A DNA stretch of 64,000 bases. It comes from Squalus acanthias. Lineage: Eukaryota. The stretch is taken from assembly GCA_030390025.1 (NCBI GenBank), contig CM059446.1, forward strand, positions 42,284,001 to 42,348,000, written 5' to 3'. Shown one piece after another: positions 12,170 to 26,120 of the stretch. Numbering within the stretch: the first letter of the stretch is position 1; each line of letters opens with the position of its first letter. Under the pieces are notes generated by a model. The model did no database searches and was not told the origin of the DNA. It worked only from the letters and a program-made list of their open reading frames with translations. The position numbers and the translations under genes were made by a program.

Positions 12170-15100
12170 CTATGGAAATAGGAAATGGAAAACGTTATTC
12201 AAGACCTTTCAAATGTTCCTATTAGAATACAAGTATTCTTGAGTTGCATAAGGAGGTTAAAACATGATTCTTTACTTGCTTTCACACATACTCGGTTATC
12301 TCTGGTACTGCTGGAATAAGACAGCAGCCTACACTCAACATCAACTTTCTTTGTAAAAAAAATACCTGATTAATCTCATCCTCAAAATGTGTCATAGCAT
12401 TTACATTTGTTCTCAGAATGTTGCATGTAGATCTAAAAGTCACTGACAATACCTTATTTTGTCAATATAGAAAGCCTTACTCCCAGACATGAAAATAAGT
12501 TTATCTAAGGGCAATGTGCACATTTCACAGGGATTTACAAAACTAAAGGGAAGCCCAAAAACAAATTGATGTCAAATTCAGGAATTGCTTCCATAGCCTC
12601 TGGAAAATTAAAGTTCAGTTGCGACTGAAATTGGGCCTTGAAATCTCAGTTAATAAAGCTACTTCTGCAAAGAAGTCACGTGGCACCATTTTGCTTCTCG
12701 CTGAGGATTCCCAAGAGCTAAGCTTGGCCCCTTCCACAGACATTTTAAATCGGCAACCTAACACTCAGGGTGTTTTTATACATGCATGTATCTTTGGGGG
12801 TTTTTAATTTTTTTTTTAAAAAGAACACTGGTTTAGGTCTTAGTTTCTGAACAGGTCATGATTTGTGCTGAGAAAATCTCAAAAAAAAACACAGGAGTTT
12901 TGGAAACGGTGCTGCAGAAAAAGAAATCTAGGGATGACAGACAGGAGGCTGCACGAAGGGAAGACACAAAAACACAAGTGTAAGCAGAACTCGGGATGAG
13001 CTTTTTCAAGTCTTGCTTTTCTTCTTTTAAGGGAAGGAATGCTGCCCACCCTGCTGCTTACTCCCCTAATCTGATGAAAACAACAGGCCTGGAGCCCCAC
13101 AGGGATGTGTCCTGCTCCAAGCCTGACAGCTCCAAGATTGATGGTTTAAGATAGCAGGCACCAGAATGAAATACTGGTGCTTTGACTGTTTATTTGGATG
13201 CATCAGCAAACATAAACACACCATCTCTTTGTTTGTGCCCAAACTGAATTATTCTTGGATGGATACCATTTACTAAAATCAAAGGTAAACAAGATATTCC
13301 TCCTCCCTCCCCCCCCCCCCCCCGCCACCCCCACCAACAGTTGGAGAATCAGTTCCTACTAAGCACAGGCTCATCTTTACTATTGGGGCTTGCAGACCAT
13401 TGCAAGCCTTCATGATCCATTGATTTGGGGCCCATCCTGATGTTACTGGCACAAGGGCAAAGGTCACAAGGGTAACAGCAACAACATCTTAACAAGATTA
13501 TTGCAACAATCTCTTATGAACAACAGGCAGATCACCATATGCTCTGCCTCAGGATGGAGGTTTGCATTTTCCTCCTCGAAATCAGAACGCAGCATCATTT
13601 TGCATCTCGCTTATAAAAATGCACTGCACTAAACTAAAATTAACAACCTCAAATACTTGCTATTGTAGCGATTTACTTCCAACCTCACGCATTTTCACAA
13701 TCACGTGGGAAAAGTACACTGCAGACCTAGCCTTTGCTGAAATCCGGAATCCACAGTTGCACCATGTGTGTCATTTTTAAATGAAAAACTGTACTAGTGG
13801 GTCCATTAGCTGTATTGCTCTCATAGCATTGCCTTTAGGAGACATGGTTCAGTCATCAATGAACATCACATGACTCATCTTTTAAATCTACAATATTTTT
13901 ATGCAGCACCCTGTGCACATTGCCATGAGAAATAATACACAATCTATTGTATATTAAAAATGTTCAGTGGGTCACAACATTCCATTTAAAAATGCATCGG
14001 TAATTCCTACGCCAACTCAGTCTACGGAAAAAACGATTATAAAAAGTATGTTAACATGCATCTGCAGTGCCAGTTATGTCTGTAAGATTGTGTTGTGAAC
14101 AGCCAATTTCAATTTTAATGCTCCGATTTTAACTCGGGCCACGTAGGGGCGGGAAGCCCATGATGCTGCTGGTGCGAGCCTCGGGCCGTTTTAACTCCCA
14201 GGGCCTCATTACCGTGTAGGAGGTAGCATTCCTGCCCGAACCTGGAGGGAATGACGAGGTGGCCGGCAGACTTCGCTGGGTAGGAGGCCACCATCAGGGA
14301 CCCGAGGGAACGCTCCCCAGCAACACTAAGTGGTGAGAGAAGGTCGGTGGAGGGGAAGGGAAGCCACAATAACAAATGTAACTTTACAATTACATATGGA
14401 GCTTTATTTTACCTACAAGTACATGAGGATAAGGCCTTTTATTGCCTGATTCTCCTTTACTCTATTGTATCAGACAGGGGTATATTTGGATGCATATGCT
14501 AATAATTATATATTTTACATACAGCCCAGCAAATTAAGTTAATAGTCATAGAAAAATGAAATTGAGGCCTCCCACAGCTGAAATTGTTAAGCATCTAACT
14601 CCTAACCCTAGTTTGAAGGACCTAGTACAAGTCACAGGTCACTCTGCCATTTGAACTTGCTTCATCCAGTTGAAAGTGCCCTTAGTCCTCAGAACGGCCA
14701 TTCGGTATTGCACAGCACTCATTTGCATAAAGGTATGGTAAGTCAACAGAACTGAAGTTGCTTTTGTCCAATGACCACATAATGGCACTGATGGATTGTG
14801 GAGGAAAGTATGGTCCTACCAGCCACCTCCTCGCTGATACAAGCTGGATGCAATGAGCTGTTCCCAGGAAAGTGGGGAATGGGCGAGTTAGAATGCAAAA
14901 AACTTAGTTTCACATACACACACATATAAGGAGTAATTATGAACATTTTATTCTAATTTGGAATTGGGAGTTTACCTAAAGACAAATGCCATCTAATGTT
15001 TCTCTATGAAGAGTGAAAAAAACTGGACTGATACCCAACAGCTTGCCACAGGGTATTTGTAAAGCCATGTGTCCGGGTCTCCAGCTTGATCATTGTCTTA

Positions 15101-16585
15101 CAGAAGGTGCAGAGTTTGGGATGGGACATTATAAAAGGATTTTCCTCTTCTCAAATCTACATGCTCTAATAAATCCACCTCCATGTATTTTCCAACAAAT
15201 TTGAATCTATTTAGCCACTTGCATTAAGGAAAATGTAAATGGACCGAAAGTACCAAAGCTAACAGACATATTTAATTCCCAAGTTGCAGCACTCTGCAAT
15301 AGTCCAGTGTGTCACTAAAAACTTTATACCTGTAGTGTATTTGCAAACATATGAAGTACAATTAGAATGACAATGCCATCAAAAGAGCTTCCCAGGGGTA
15401 TATTTAGTTCTAACTTATTGTTTGGACTAGGTTCTGAAACAGCAAGACAGATCATTCCTCAGAGAAGCCAAAGCTTGATATTGGCTTACTTTTTAAAAAA
15501 AAATCTAATTTCCGTTTTCTCCCTTCTCTCCTGAAGGCACGGACTTCTGCTGGGGTATATTTCCACAGGGAACCTCACCCAAGTGGCCACTCTTCATGGT
15601 TTGAGACGAGAGCGCAATTGTTGCTAGGCTATTTGCCTTGGGGGGGTATCACAGCCAAGCCCGATCTGGTCCTCTCTAAACACGTGCACCACATGCATGC
15701 ACACAATCCAGCTGGTGTCACTGGCTAGAAATTAGGAGCAGGAATCCTGACCTTTCCCCATCTTAGCCCAGGAGTACGAATGCCAATTTTAGCACCCTTG
15801 TTGGAACCTTGGTCGAGATCAGTTAACTCAACATACACCACAAATGGAACCTGCAGCCTTGTGTTGCGTATTGCTCAATTACATGTTACCATCGCTGACT
15901 GAGCCATTAGAGGTCTTCATGTACTGATCAAAACTAAATGGATTCTAGAGTATCGTAAATTATACTGTTCTCCACATTGCTAATAAAAGGAGCCTAGATG
16001 TATTTATCTAACAAGAAGATGGTATATACAATTAATGTTGGTGTTTGACAGTGATGAATGGAAAGTGGATCAGTGCTTTGTGAAGTCTGAGGTTGCAAAG
16101 AAGAGACACTCAATTGTGCAAGACTAAAGTTAAATTTCCCAAATGCAAAACTTAAGATTCATAGGTTGGACGATTTGCTTCTTTATACTTGGTCTATTAA
16201 ATCTGATATACTCAGGGAGCTATACACTCATAATGCTCCACAATCATATTTTAATCTAATTTAGTTATCAAGTCCAAATATCTGCAGACTGCATTGGATG
16301 TAGGCAGCAAAGGAACATTTTAAACTTGCATGATTGCTTCACATCTGACAAACCCTGTGACCAATCTCCACAACAGGTCCTACATGGTGGCAGCAGAGAG
16401 CCCCGGCAATGACCAATCTTTTCTGATCCTATTCTGTAATTCCAGGAAGATCAATATTTAATCGCTCTGTTTACTAAGATAGCGGTTATTCTGACTGTTA
16501 CGCTTTGCTAATAAAATACCAACCAGTTGGGATGCTGAACATTTTTCTTCTCTTTCTAAAAAAAACCAGACAGACAATAGATTAC

Positions 16586-16891
16586 CTTTTACACTGGTAG
16601 TTTTCGGGGTTCGGTGGGATGTCCATATTGAAGATTCTCCCCATCCTACTCTGGTTGCCGCAGAGATTCGTACAAAGTAAATGCTATCAGGCTCTACATC
16701 TTCAAGCAGATGTTCTGATTTGGTCCCTGGCAGCTCCACAAGGTGGATAGCACCCTCTGTGCTTTTGCGGTAGTAAACACGGTACGCAATAATACGTCCT
16801 CGCCTGAACTTGGCTGGAATGGGGAGCCACGAGATCAGGATGTTGGTCGGGCTGCGACTGGTCAAGCTGATTTCTGGCACTCTCAGAGGGA
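16586..16891 (-). CDS. PRTG: Protogenin exon (approx. exon 10), FN3-2
   Basis: [32 protein letters not shown]...[29 protein letters not shown] acceptor, GTAATC donor, 306 bp. Confidence 0.97.
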
Positions 16892-17826
16892 CTGTGGAAA
16901 TGGGGAATTAAGAAAGAAAAGGTATTTAAAATAAATCCACAGAAAACTGATTTTATTTTTTTAACACCACCAAATTTAATGACAAGAACATAGGAAACAC
17001 AGAAATTAAGCGTAAATACTACTGAATAGCAAGTTAAAAAACTTATTTTAACAAACTAATGCTGTGGATAGCATACAATTTAATGTGTGACTTATTAAAA
17101 TTGTTTCTTTATTTGTGTGTATATATAAAGTTATCTTTTATAAAGAAGTTAATCTATTGAATTCAAGTTATCACCATATACAATGCAACTGGTGAGAGTT
17201 TTAAAAGCTTACACTTCAATTATAGTGGATAGACTAAGAGATACACTAAGTCAGGACCAGAAACCAACAATATTCACTCGTCGTGCAAGCACTGGACAGC
17301 TGGTGTATGCATTTAACAGCTGGTTTCAGAAAATCTGACAAAAACAGATTTGGAACGAAGAAAATCATTTACATTTTTTTCTGGTAGCAGTTGGAAATAA
17401 ATAATTAATATTGCGCATCAGATTTATCAACTGGGGCGGGGGGGGCTTGAAAGTAAATGGAAGATGCAAGTCAAAAGTTGGTGACTTACATAAAATAAAG
17501 AAAGTAAACACCATCTGCACAACTCTCAAGCACTACAAGCATGAGTGATTTATGTTGCATAAATTAAGCTGTAATTATACTAAAAAATAGGAATTGGTCA
17601 AAATGATGATTAAAGGTGTTTAGGCACATTTTAGAAACAGGTGGTAAAAAGAAACTAATCCTGATTTTTTTTTAATAAATTCCGCCAATGGAGGAATAAA
17701 CCATGGGTACAACTTAAGCAAGCGCTGTACAAGTAGGAACTTTCGTGAGCCATTTATTATTATACATTTTCTGTATTACACAGAAGCCAATGTCTAAAAG
17801 CACTATCTCAGAATAGCTTTTCATAC

Positions 17827-17991
17827 CGTCTTCCAATGTGTACTGAATAACATGCTCCGACATTCGACTGGCTCCCATGGGCATGTACGCTACAATATAA
17901 AACGTGTAATTGCTGGCTGGCTCTAAATCATCAATAATGTAACGAGTTGTGTCATTCCCAATAACCACTTGATATTCCTCATTATTTAAAC
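17827..17991 (-). CDS. PRTG: Protogenin exon (approx. exon 9), FN3-1 C-terminal part
   Basis: [58 protein letters not shown] acceptor, GTATGA donor, 165 bp. Confidence 0.97.
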
Positions 17992-19156
17992 CTGGGGAAA
18001 GAAAAACCCGCTGTCAATTTGTGAGCCTGGGATAATTAACTTAGGCAGCCTGTTCCGGCGACACTTCTTTAGAGGTTAGCATGTGATAGAAAAATAACAC
18101 GTGAGCCGTCTAAGTATCCCTTAAAATGACTTACACTTTTCAGACTTTTGATATAATTTTGCTGCAAATAAACATTTTTTCCCCCCCCAATTTCCACTGG
18201 GGAAATGGGAGTCACACAATTCATGCTAAGAGTTGATCTTCCCATAATCAACTTCACCAGTACTTTGCTTCTTTAAAGCAAAACACTGCATTTTAAATAC
18301 AGCCAAAAGCAAAATTATTCCCAATTACATTTTCCCACATTCATGAATAAGCTTGATAGCCGCTTAATTTGCAAAACCTAAGAGGCCCATTCACAAGTAG
18401 TAATTACCGGCTAATAATGAATTTCCAAAGTCCTGATTTCTGACCTAGAAAACAAAATCCTTGAAGGAAAATTAAAGAGTCTTGTTACCCTGCTGAATAC
18501 TTCAACAGAACTCACGCTGGGGCTTAATGCAATAACTATAATGGAATACAAAGCAACCATTCGACTGCAATCTGCACTCCATAGCCAACACTTTAATGCC
18601 TTCAGAAAACTGGTGGTGCTGCCTGAACACACTCCACCACACACTTTAATTATACCTTCATGCATTTCTATACTCTCTGTTCTATGAACTCATAATAAAC
18701 ACCTTTCCCTTGAGAAGGTAAACCTTCTACCCAATTTTAATCATCTCAACAGATCACATTGTTTGTACAGAGAAGGCTGCTATTCCCATTTCATTAGAGA
18801 GGCTATTCTCTCTTTGTGACCTCTGCCCAGCAACAGAATATTAACAACAGATGGTCAACTTCTCACATTCCAATTAGACATTGGCAACGGAGAATGTCCA
18901 AGACTAAACAACAAAAAAAAGTGAAGAGGATGATACTTGCAGACTAGCTTTAAAACAAGCTACTTCATTTACACTTACAGATGCTTCTTCTGAAGTCCGA
19001 GTCAAGATGCACCTTGTAGGTTTACTGCATTAAACATTTCTTTCTTACCTGGCAGACAGCTAGAATTGTTTACTTTGAAGCTATCTACCGGCTGAATTAG
19101 AAAATGTGTTTGAGCAGCACAAGGTCAAAAGTGTACGAATAAAACTCGGGGCTCAC

Positions 19157-19404
19157 CTTCTGCTTTCATGTAATGGACTGAGTATGCGATTACTTTATCA
19201 GAATTGTACATGGGCCTTTCCCAAGACAGAAGAATCCCTGAACTCGACACCGTTTCTGCCTGGATGTTTCGAGGTGCGCTCGGCCTGTCCTCAGACATAA
19301 TAACAATCAGTCTGGCCACTGAAAGAACGGAGCCTTGTTGATTTTCAGCCACACACTGGTAAATGGCATCATCTTCGGGAATGATCTGGTTTATCACCAA
19401 TTTG
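19157..19404 (-). CDS. PRTG: Protogenin exon (approx. exon 8), end of Ig4 and start of FN3-1
   Basis: [84 protein letters not shown] acceptor, GTGAGC donor, 248 bp. Confidence 0.97.
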
Positions 19405-21166
19405 CTTAAAAATAAAAAAGAATCATTTGGTTGATTACCTGAATTTTCAAGCACATCAAATCTACTAATCTTTATTATCTGCAAGCAAATGCCGCTCTCT
19501 AATGGAACAACTTTACATTTGGCGAATGCAAATCTTTAAAAAAAAAAGGGGCCCATACTTTGTACATTAATAACTGGAAATGCCCGTAGGCAAGTTATAA
19601 CAACATGTCCAATTTACTAGGAACTGCCTCGAGTCTGCTGACTACGTAAACCTCATTTGTACAAGATTAATTCATTCCAAAGTCAATTCAATTCTAGGGG
19701 GGAGCTTCAAGTCAGAACCCTCAGACTAAAGTCATCTGGTAAAGGTATTCACTCAGTCAGTCATGACTTCTATTGGTATTACACAGCCTTCATGCAATGT
19801 AAACAAACGCACAAAGGGATGACAGTATACTTTGTGTCTGTGCCGTTGATCAGACAGGTAACAAAGCAGTTATGTCAGTTTACTGTACTGGGCAGATAAG
19901 TGTCTGCATCTGCAGTTTCTCGGCCTGCTGTTGATTGTGCGCGCTGTGCTCGAGTCAGGCCAGGTCCAGCTTCAGAGAGCACTTGTGGTTTTACAAAGCC
20001 ATAAACCCAACTCTTTAATAGGGCAGTCTGATGTCACAATTAACACTTAAAACTTAGTAACCAGTATGTTCTCTTTAGGTACTGCTCTGAGATTTGTAGT
20101 GCTTCCACTACTTTAGAACCTGGAGCTTTTAAAGCCATGCTCAGCAAGACAACAATAAAGACACTTGTAATATGCCAGGACCACAAGTGTAGCAGAAAGC
20201 AGTCACCAGAGCACCTACAAAAGGTAGCCTCATTCTGTGTCAGTTCACACTAGTGACAGCAAAACAGTGCAAAGCCCTCTTTTCAAAACTTAACTTTTTA
20301 AAGGTTTTTTAAAAAAAAAACCTCTGGCAATACAGGGGACCACATTTCAATTAAAAATAACTGGCTGGCCTATGACATTTCCTTCACTGGAAGAAAAAGA
20401 TCCAAGTCGGGACTCAGTAAGCAGTGCTCCGTGCGTGCTTTGCCCTCCCCCCACTCCACAATAATGCAAGTCAGTTAAGTGTAACCCCACAGCTCCCTGC
20501 CTGATCCGGTCCTCGCCCATCTACGCAACCCTTCCAAAAACAAAAACAGGAAGCCTAGCTCATTCTCCCCCTCCTACCCCAGGACACGGAGGTCAGCTGC
20601 ACCACTCCCACAGCCACCCCAGCAGACACGAGGGATTGAACCCGGATCCTTCCTGATATCCGTGGCTCAGGACCACACTATTTACCAACTGAGGCATCCG
20701 CCAGTTCAGTTGGAACTCCATGTCCTGGACACAGTTATACCAAGTCTCCTTGAAGTTCTAGTTTGAATGGCACTGTTATTTGTCATAGACCCACAATTGA
20801 ACTAAATACATTTGAAAATGCATCTTTAACTGTGTGTAAAGTGTAGTCACTAAAACGTATGCTGAATAATCCCAATTTAGAATTAACAATTCTGTGCAGG
20901 CCAGCAAGGCTCTATGGTCTTCAAGATCAATTCATTTATCAATGTAACTGTAAAAAGTTAGTTTGTTGGCTTTCTAGACCAAACTGTTGTTCAGAGTTCA
21001 AACAGAAACATGACTGGACAAAGAGCTGCATTTACCACCACAACCAAAATCAAGTGCATTTTCGAAAAACATTACAACATAATCACACTCAATTTCTTTC
21101 ATATTGAACATCTGCAAATAGGAGACAGAACTTTCAAAACAAAACTAAAAATAAATCAACGTGTAC

Positions 21167-21329
21167 CTGCTATACTGGACTTTGATACGTCCATTGGAGT
21201 GAATCCTTTGTCCATTCTTCAGCCAGCTAATTTTAGGTGTAGGAATACCTTCTGCCTGACACATAAACCTGGCCGTGCCAGCACGAGGCCTGGTCAGGCT
21301 CTCGGGCCACTCAACGAAAGAAGGTGGGG
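21167..21329 (-). CDS. PRTG: Protogenin exon (approx. exon 7), Ig4 N-terminal part
   Basis: Manual translation [54 protein letters not shown](S). TAG acceptor, GT donor, 163 bp. Not in the supplied ORF list on this strand. Confidence 0.94.
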
Positions 21330-21926
21330 CTATAAAACAACATTGGAAAACACTAGTAAGACTATATTCTTGTTTTCCACTGAAAAAGTGCCATGCATCT
21401 TGCCCGATAGATCAAGGAGCCAAGCCTAAACAATAAAAAATACCTCATGTTGTGAAGCACTCTCTCAGCAGCAAAACTAAGCACATCTTAAGCCAACCAG
21501 TCATGGATTGACATTGATAGAAGCCCCAATTGAGGGAGTGCAACATCCTTTGGTGAAAGAATCTCCCAGTCAGAGAGAATGATGGAAAATGATATCTGAA
21601 GCAACTTAAAATGCAAGGTCATTTGCATTTTCAAATCATGAGAAGCTGCTATGATGCCTACTTTTGGTTAGAGAGATCAGCACCAATGTTTACTCCACAG
21701 TACACAAGAAATTTTGTGCACCATGATGGATGAGCTGCTGCTCTACCCTGCAGTAATACTGTATACACACGCTACAACTTCTCATGTTACTCCAAACTTT
21801 AATTAAACAAAAAAAAAAAATAATTTGTTCCATAAATTCAGCAAAGCACTAAAAATATAAAAACTTGTCTTTGACTCTGGGATATGAAAACAAGTCCAGC
21901 CTAGAGTAATAGAATAAAAGTTTTCT

Positions 21927-22218
21927 ACATAAGAACATAAGAAATAGGAGCAGGAGTAGACCAATCGGCCCCTTGAGCCTGCTCCGCCATTCAATGAGAT
22001 CATGGCTGATCTGATCCAACCTCAACTCTAAAGAACACAAGAAGTAGGAGCAGGACCAGGCCACTCGGCCCCTGGGCCCGCTCCGCCACCCACAGGGCCT
22101 TGACCGATCCGAACTCAAACTCATGTCCAATTTCCAGCCGCTCCCCGTAACCCCCGATTCCCTTTACTTCTAGGAAACGGTCTATTTCTGTTTTAAATTT
22201 ATTTAATGAAGTAGCTTC
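21927..22218 (-). mobile_element. CR1-type 3' end with tandemly doubled terminal unit
   Basis: Two successive aagaacataagaaataggagcagga...ggcccc...gctccgcca units (~21927-22028 and ~22030-22130). Confidence 0.7.
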
Positions 22219-22964
22219 TCTGTCTGCAAATGTGTTTGGGTTGTATCCGTCCAGGTCCTACCAGGTGTGTTCCCTCAGCAAAGAACTGGTCATAATTAGG
22301 CACTAGCTAGCAGTCCAACTCAGTGGCCACAGGATGGTTGGTGCAGAAAATGGAAATCTCACATTAATGCAGTAGGGGTGCTCTCAAGTTAGGGCTAATG
22401 CACATTTTTGGGGCGAAGTGCAGATAGCTTTATTGTGCATCTGACCAGGCTATACCAGATCGCAAAGAGCTTAATGCCAACACCCTGTGCCCAAATTAGA
22501 TAAGCGTTTCATCTTGCAGCACTAACATGCCTCACCTTGATAATATTCATCGGGAAAAACAAAATTGAAAAAAAAGTTTAAACTCGTCTATTTACACCTT
22601 GTATTTCACATCTAAAATCAGGTACACAAGTGGATCAATAGGAGACTAAAAGGAATCCATGAGTGACCAGACCTGCGTTCAAAGCAGGAGAAATTCACTT
22701 GTGGACTCTGTCTAAACTACACATTTCTGTTCTTTTTAAAAAATACGTGGTTTTGTCTTTTACTTTGATTACCCACTAAGCTATTTACACAAAACAAGAT
22801 AAATCAGTGGCTCCTGTTAAATATTATCCCGCTGCTCACCTATCCCTTATGGAATGTCCACTGTATTCACTCACATTCTTCATGGGATAACAGTTCTATC
22901 TCGCTGCCTTTTAAAAGCTTTACCCTTTTTGTAAATAATTGTAAACAAAATACCATTTATTTAT

Positions 22965-23875
22965 GTCAGCTTGGCTTAGTTGCTAGCGCCCTCAATTGTG
23001 GGTCTGAGTACATAATCTAGGCTGCGACTTCGACTTAAGAGTGCTGCATTGTCAGAGGTACCACCCTTCAGATTTTCTAATGAATGTTTAAAAAGCCCAT
23101 GGGCACTATTCGAAAAAAAGTAGGGCGTTTTGCCTGGCCAATGTTCCTCCCTCAACCAATAGCACTGAAGAAAAAATATAGATTAACTGGCAATGTTCCC
23201 TTTAAGCTGCATGGCCACGCGCTCTGCAGCTCCCGGGCAGCCGGCTCACCGGCTTTTAAATAGGAAAAACCGCGCAGACGTGGTATTTTGAATCGGCCGC
23301 GCAGCCCCTTAAAAGGGCCACACTACTGCTACTATTTATATAGCACCTTTAATGTAGCAAAACGATACAAGGCGCTCCACAGGAGCGTTACTAAACAAAA
23401 TTTGACACCAAGCCACATATGATGACATTAGGGCAGATTGGTCAAAGAGGTAGATTTTAAGGAGTGTCTTAAAGAAGGAAAGAGGGGTAGAGAGCTTTAG
23501 GGAGGGAACTCCAGAGCTTAGGGCCTTGGCAGCTGAACTGAAGGCACGGCCGCCAATGGTTTGAGCGATTAAAATCGGGGATGCTCACAGGGCCAGAATT
23601 GGAGGAGCGCCGAGATCTCGGAGGTTTGTCGGGCTGGAGGAGATTACAGAGACAGGGAGGGGCGCGGCCTTGGAGGGATTTAAAAACAAGGATGAGAATT
23701 TTAAAATCGAGGCGCTGCTTAACCGTGAGCCAATGTAGGTCAGCGAACACAGGGGTGATGGATGAACGGGACTACATAAAAATGGTGACTGCACTTCAAA
23801 GCAATTCATTGCATGTGAAGTACTTTGGGTTGTTTCTGAAAGACAATTTCAATGCTATATAAATACAAGTTCTTT
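22965..23875. mobile_element. Nested cluster: DeuSINE (+) split by a small MITE-like element and an L2 fragment
   Basis: SINE head and core ~22965-23190, GC-rich imperfect inverted-repeat insert ~23192-23325, L2 3' end on the minus strand ~23330-23775, SINE tail ~23776-23875. Confidence 0.65.
23330..23775 (-). mobile_element. L2-clade LINE 3' fragment (ORF2 C-terminus and tail)
   Basis: ORF 23469..23750 LHWLTVKQRLDFKILILVFKSLQGRAPPCLCNLL resembles the L2 ORF2 C-terminal motif (LHWLP...RIxFKIL...APxYL). Confidence 0.8.
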
Positions 23876-24173
23876 ATAATTTGATTTTACGGAAATAACA
23901 TGCAAGGAACATATTTTTTTTTTTAAAAGAATAACACCTGCATGCATGAATAATTTATCAAAATAATGAAACATTGCTTCTTCAAATCACTTGCAACTGA
24001 AGACATTACAAGTATGGACAGCATGAATGTCAGAACTTGGTTAGAAGGTGTCCCTTGTTACAATTGGTTTTGTTGGCTTCCTAGGACAGCAGCAAGCACC
24101 TTCAAATTGTACTAACTATTGGAATCGCACATTAATTCTAGAGTCCTTAGCCTAAACAGGTTTGTTATCTTAC

Positions 24174-24332
24174 CCAACACAGTAAGCATAGCTGTGGCTA
24201 CAGTGTAATTGCGGGTGCCTGGTGTGGTGGCTCGACACACATATATTCCGGCATGCTGCACCTTCACATCCGATATCATCAAATTCCCATTCCCCAGAAC
24301 CCGTGAATTGAAAACATCAATAGATCGGTGAT
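24174..24332 (-). CDS. PRTG: Protogenin exon (approx. exon 6), Ig3 C-terminal half
   Basis: [53 protein letters not shown], highly PRTG-like. AAG acceptor, GTAAGA donor, 159 bp. Confidence 0.96.
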
Positions 24333-24561
24333 CTTTTTGGAAAAAGCAGATATTTGCATCAACCAACCATTAAAATTAGATCAATATCATTCAGAAAAAC
24401 AAACTCCCAACGGTTAAAATGGACTAAAATGATCGGCATTAAAAAACAGGAAAAAGGAAGTGTCTTAAATAAAAGTAATTTACAGTCCATTTAACAACAG
24501 TGTGTTGAAAACAGTGTCGAGGTTGTATTTGTTAGATCAAAAAGTCACGGTATTTTAAAAC

Positions 24562-24624
24562 TGTCTGTAATTCCTGGTTTAAGTATTGCTTTGTCTGTAA
24601 TTCCTGGTTCAAGTATTGTTTTGT
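24562..24624 (+). repeat. 30-bp tandem duplication
   Basis: tgtctgtaattcctggtttaagtattgctt followed by tgtctgtaattcctggttcaagtattgttt (2 mismatches). Confidence 0.9.
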
Positions 24625-24639
24625 GGTTTCTAAGTATCA

Positions 24640-24873
<234 letters not shown>

Positions 24874-25054
24874 TTACTACAGAACCCGAAACAAATACCC
24901 CATCAAGTTTAACTAAACTAGCGAAACCCAAATAAAAATGAAAATGAAACGGCGTCTTGCACACAGGATTTCTCGTAATAACCAAAGGAAGTAATACAGG
25001 AGTGGACGAGTTTGTTTTTAAACATGTCAAAGTGACGCAAGTTTCCAAAAAGCA

Positions 25055-25229
25055 AAAGCAAGGCTGAGAGATGGATAGATTTTTGGACTCCAGGGGATTC
25101 GAGGGATACGGAGATGGGGTGGGATAGTGGAGTTGAGGTCGAAGATCAGCCATGATCTTATTGAATGGCGGAGCAGGCTCGAGGGGCCGTATGGCCTGCT
25201 CCTGCTCTTATTTCTTATGTTCTTATGTT
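25055..25229 (+). mobile_element. CR1 LINE 3' end
   Basis: gatcagccatgatcttattgaatggcggagcaggctcgaggggccgtatggcctgctcctgctc followed by (ttcttatg)n. Confidence 0.8.
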
Positions 25230-25669
25230 ACTTCAACTTAAATGCAGCTAAAGCTATTAACTGCGGGTACTAATAGATGCATTTTGTTTTAGCACCACTA
25301 CCAGATTCATAAAAATTAGAAAGCAGCAGCAAGATCCTCAATAAATGGTGAAAGGAAAACCTCACATCCAGTCAAACCAAACGATGTGATGAGTGATTCT
25401 ATTTGAAACAACCTCTCTTTTCCCTTTAATATCAACAATAGAATCCTGTATGTTAAAAGCTAGCGGCAATGTACAGTTAACGGCATGTGGCATACAGTGA
25501 CATTTCAAGCATTAACTTTATCTTGAACCTAATGAAGCAAGCCTTGCTGGCAATTTGATCATGACTGTGGAAGATTTGCCACATTAATTGCTGACTTGAT
25601 CCCAACCATCCATTCAAACCCCAAGGACGCCCCTGTGAAGATAGCGATTCCTTATGCTATCCTGCTCCT

Positions 25670-26120
25670 AAACATAGAAACATAGAATCTAGGAGCAGGA
25701 GTAGGCCATTCGGCCCGTCGAGCCTGCTCCACCATTCAATACGATCATGGCTGATCATCCAAATCCAGTACCCTGTCCCTGCTTTAATCCCCACAGTACA
25801 CATATCCCACCCTACCCCCGTAACCCCACGTATTTAATTCCCCCTAACATATCCCATCCTATCCCCATAACCCCACCCTATCCCCATAACCCCACATATT
25901 TAATCCCCCCCTAACACTAAGGGTCAATTTATCATAGCCAAATCAACCTCACCCGCACATTTTTGGACTGTGGGAGGAAACCGGAGCACCCGGAGGAAAC
26001 CCACGCAGACACGGGGAGAATGTGCAAACTCCACACAGACAGTCACCCGAGGTCAGATTCGAACCCGGGTCCCTGGCGCTGTGAGACACCAGTGCTAACC
26101 ACTATGCCACCGTGTTGCCC
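25670..26120 (-). mobile_element. HE1-like V-SINE with CR1-type tail
   Basis: Minus strand head gggcaacacggtggcatagtggttagcac, B-box ggttcgaatc and V-domain gtgtggagtttgcacattctccccgtgtctgcgtgggtttcctccgggtgctccggtttcctcccacagtccaaa. Internal short tandem repeats (~25800-25915) and a CR1-like tail ending in (ttctatgt)n. Confidence 0.85.

Noticed and set aside
14115-14375. GC-rich patch with an 86-aa ORF
   Set aside because: No protein motif. It looks like a truncated MITE remnant, but matching termini could not be established.
21010-21429. 139-aa plus-strand ORF
   Set aside because: Antisense shadow of the PRTG exon at 21167-21329.
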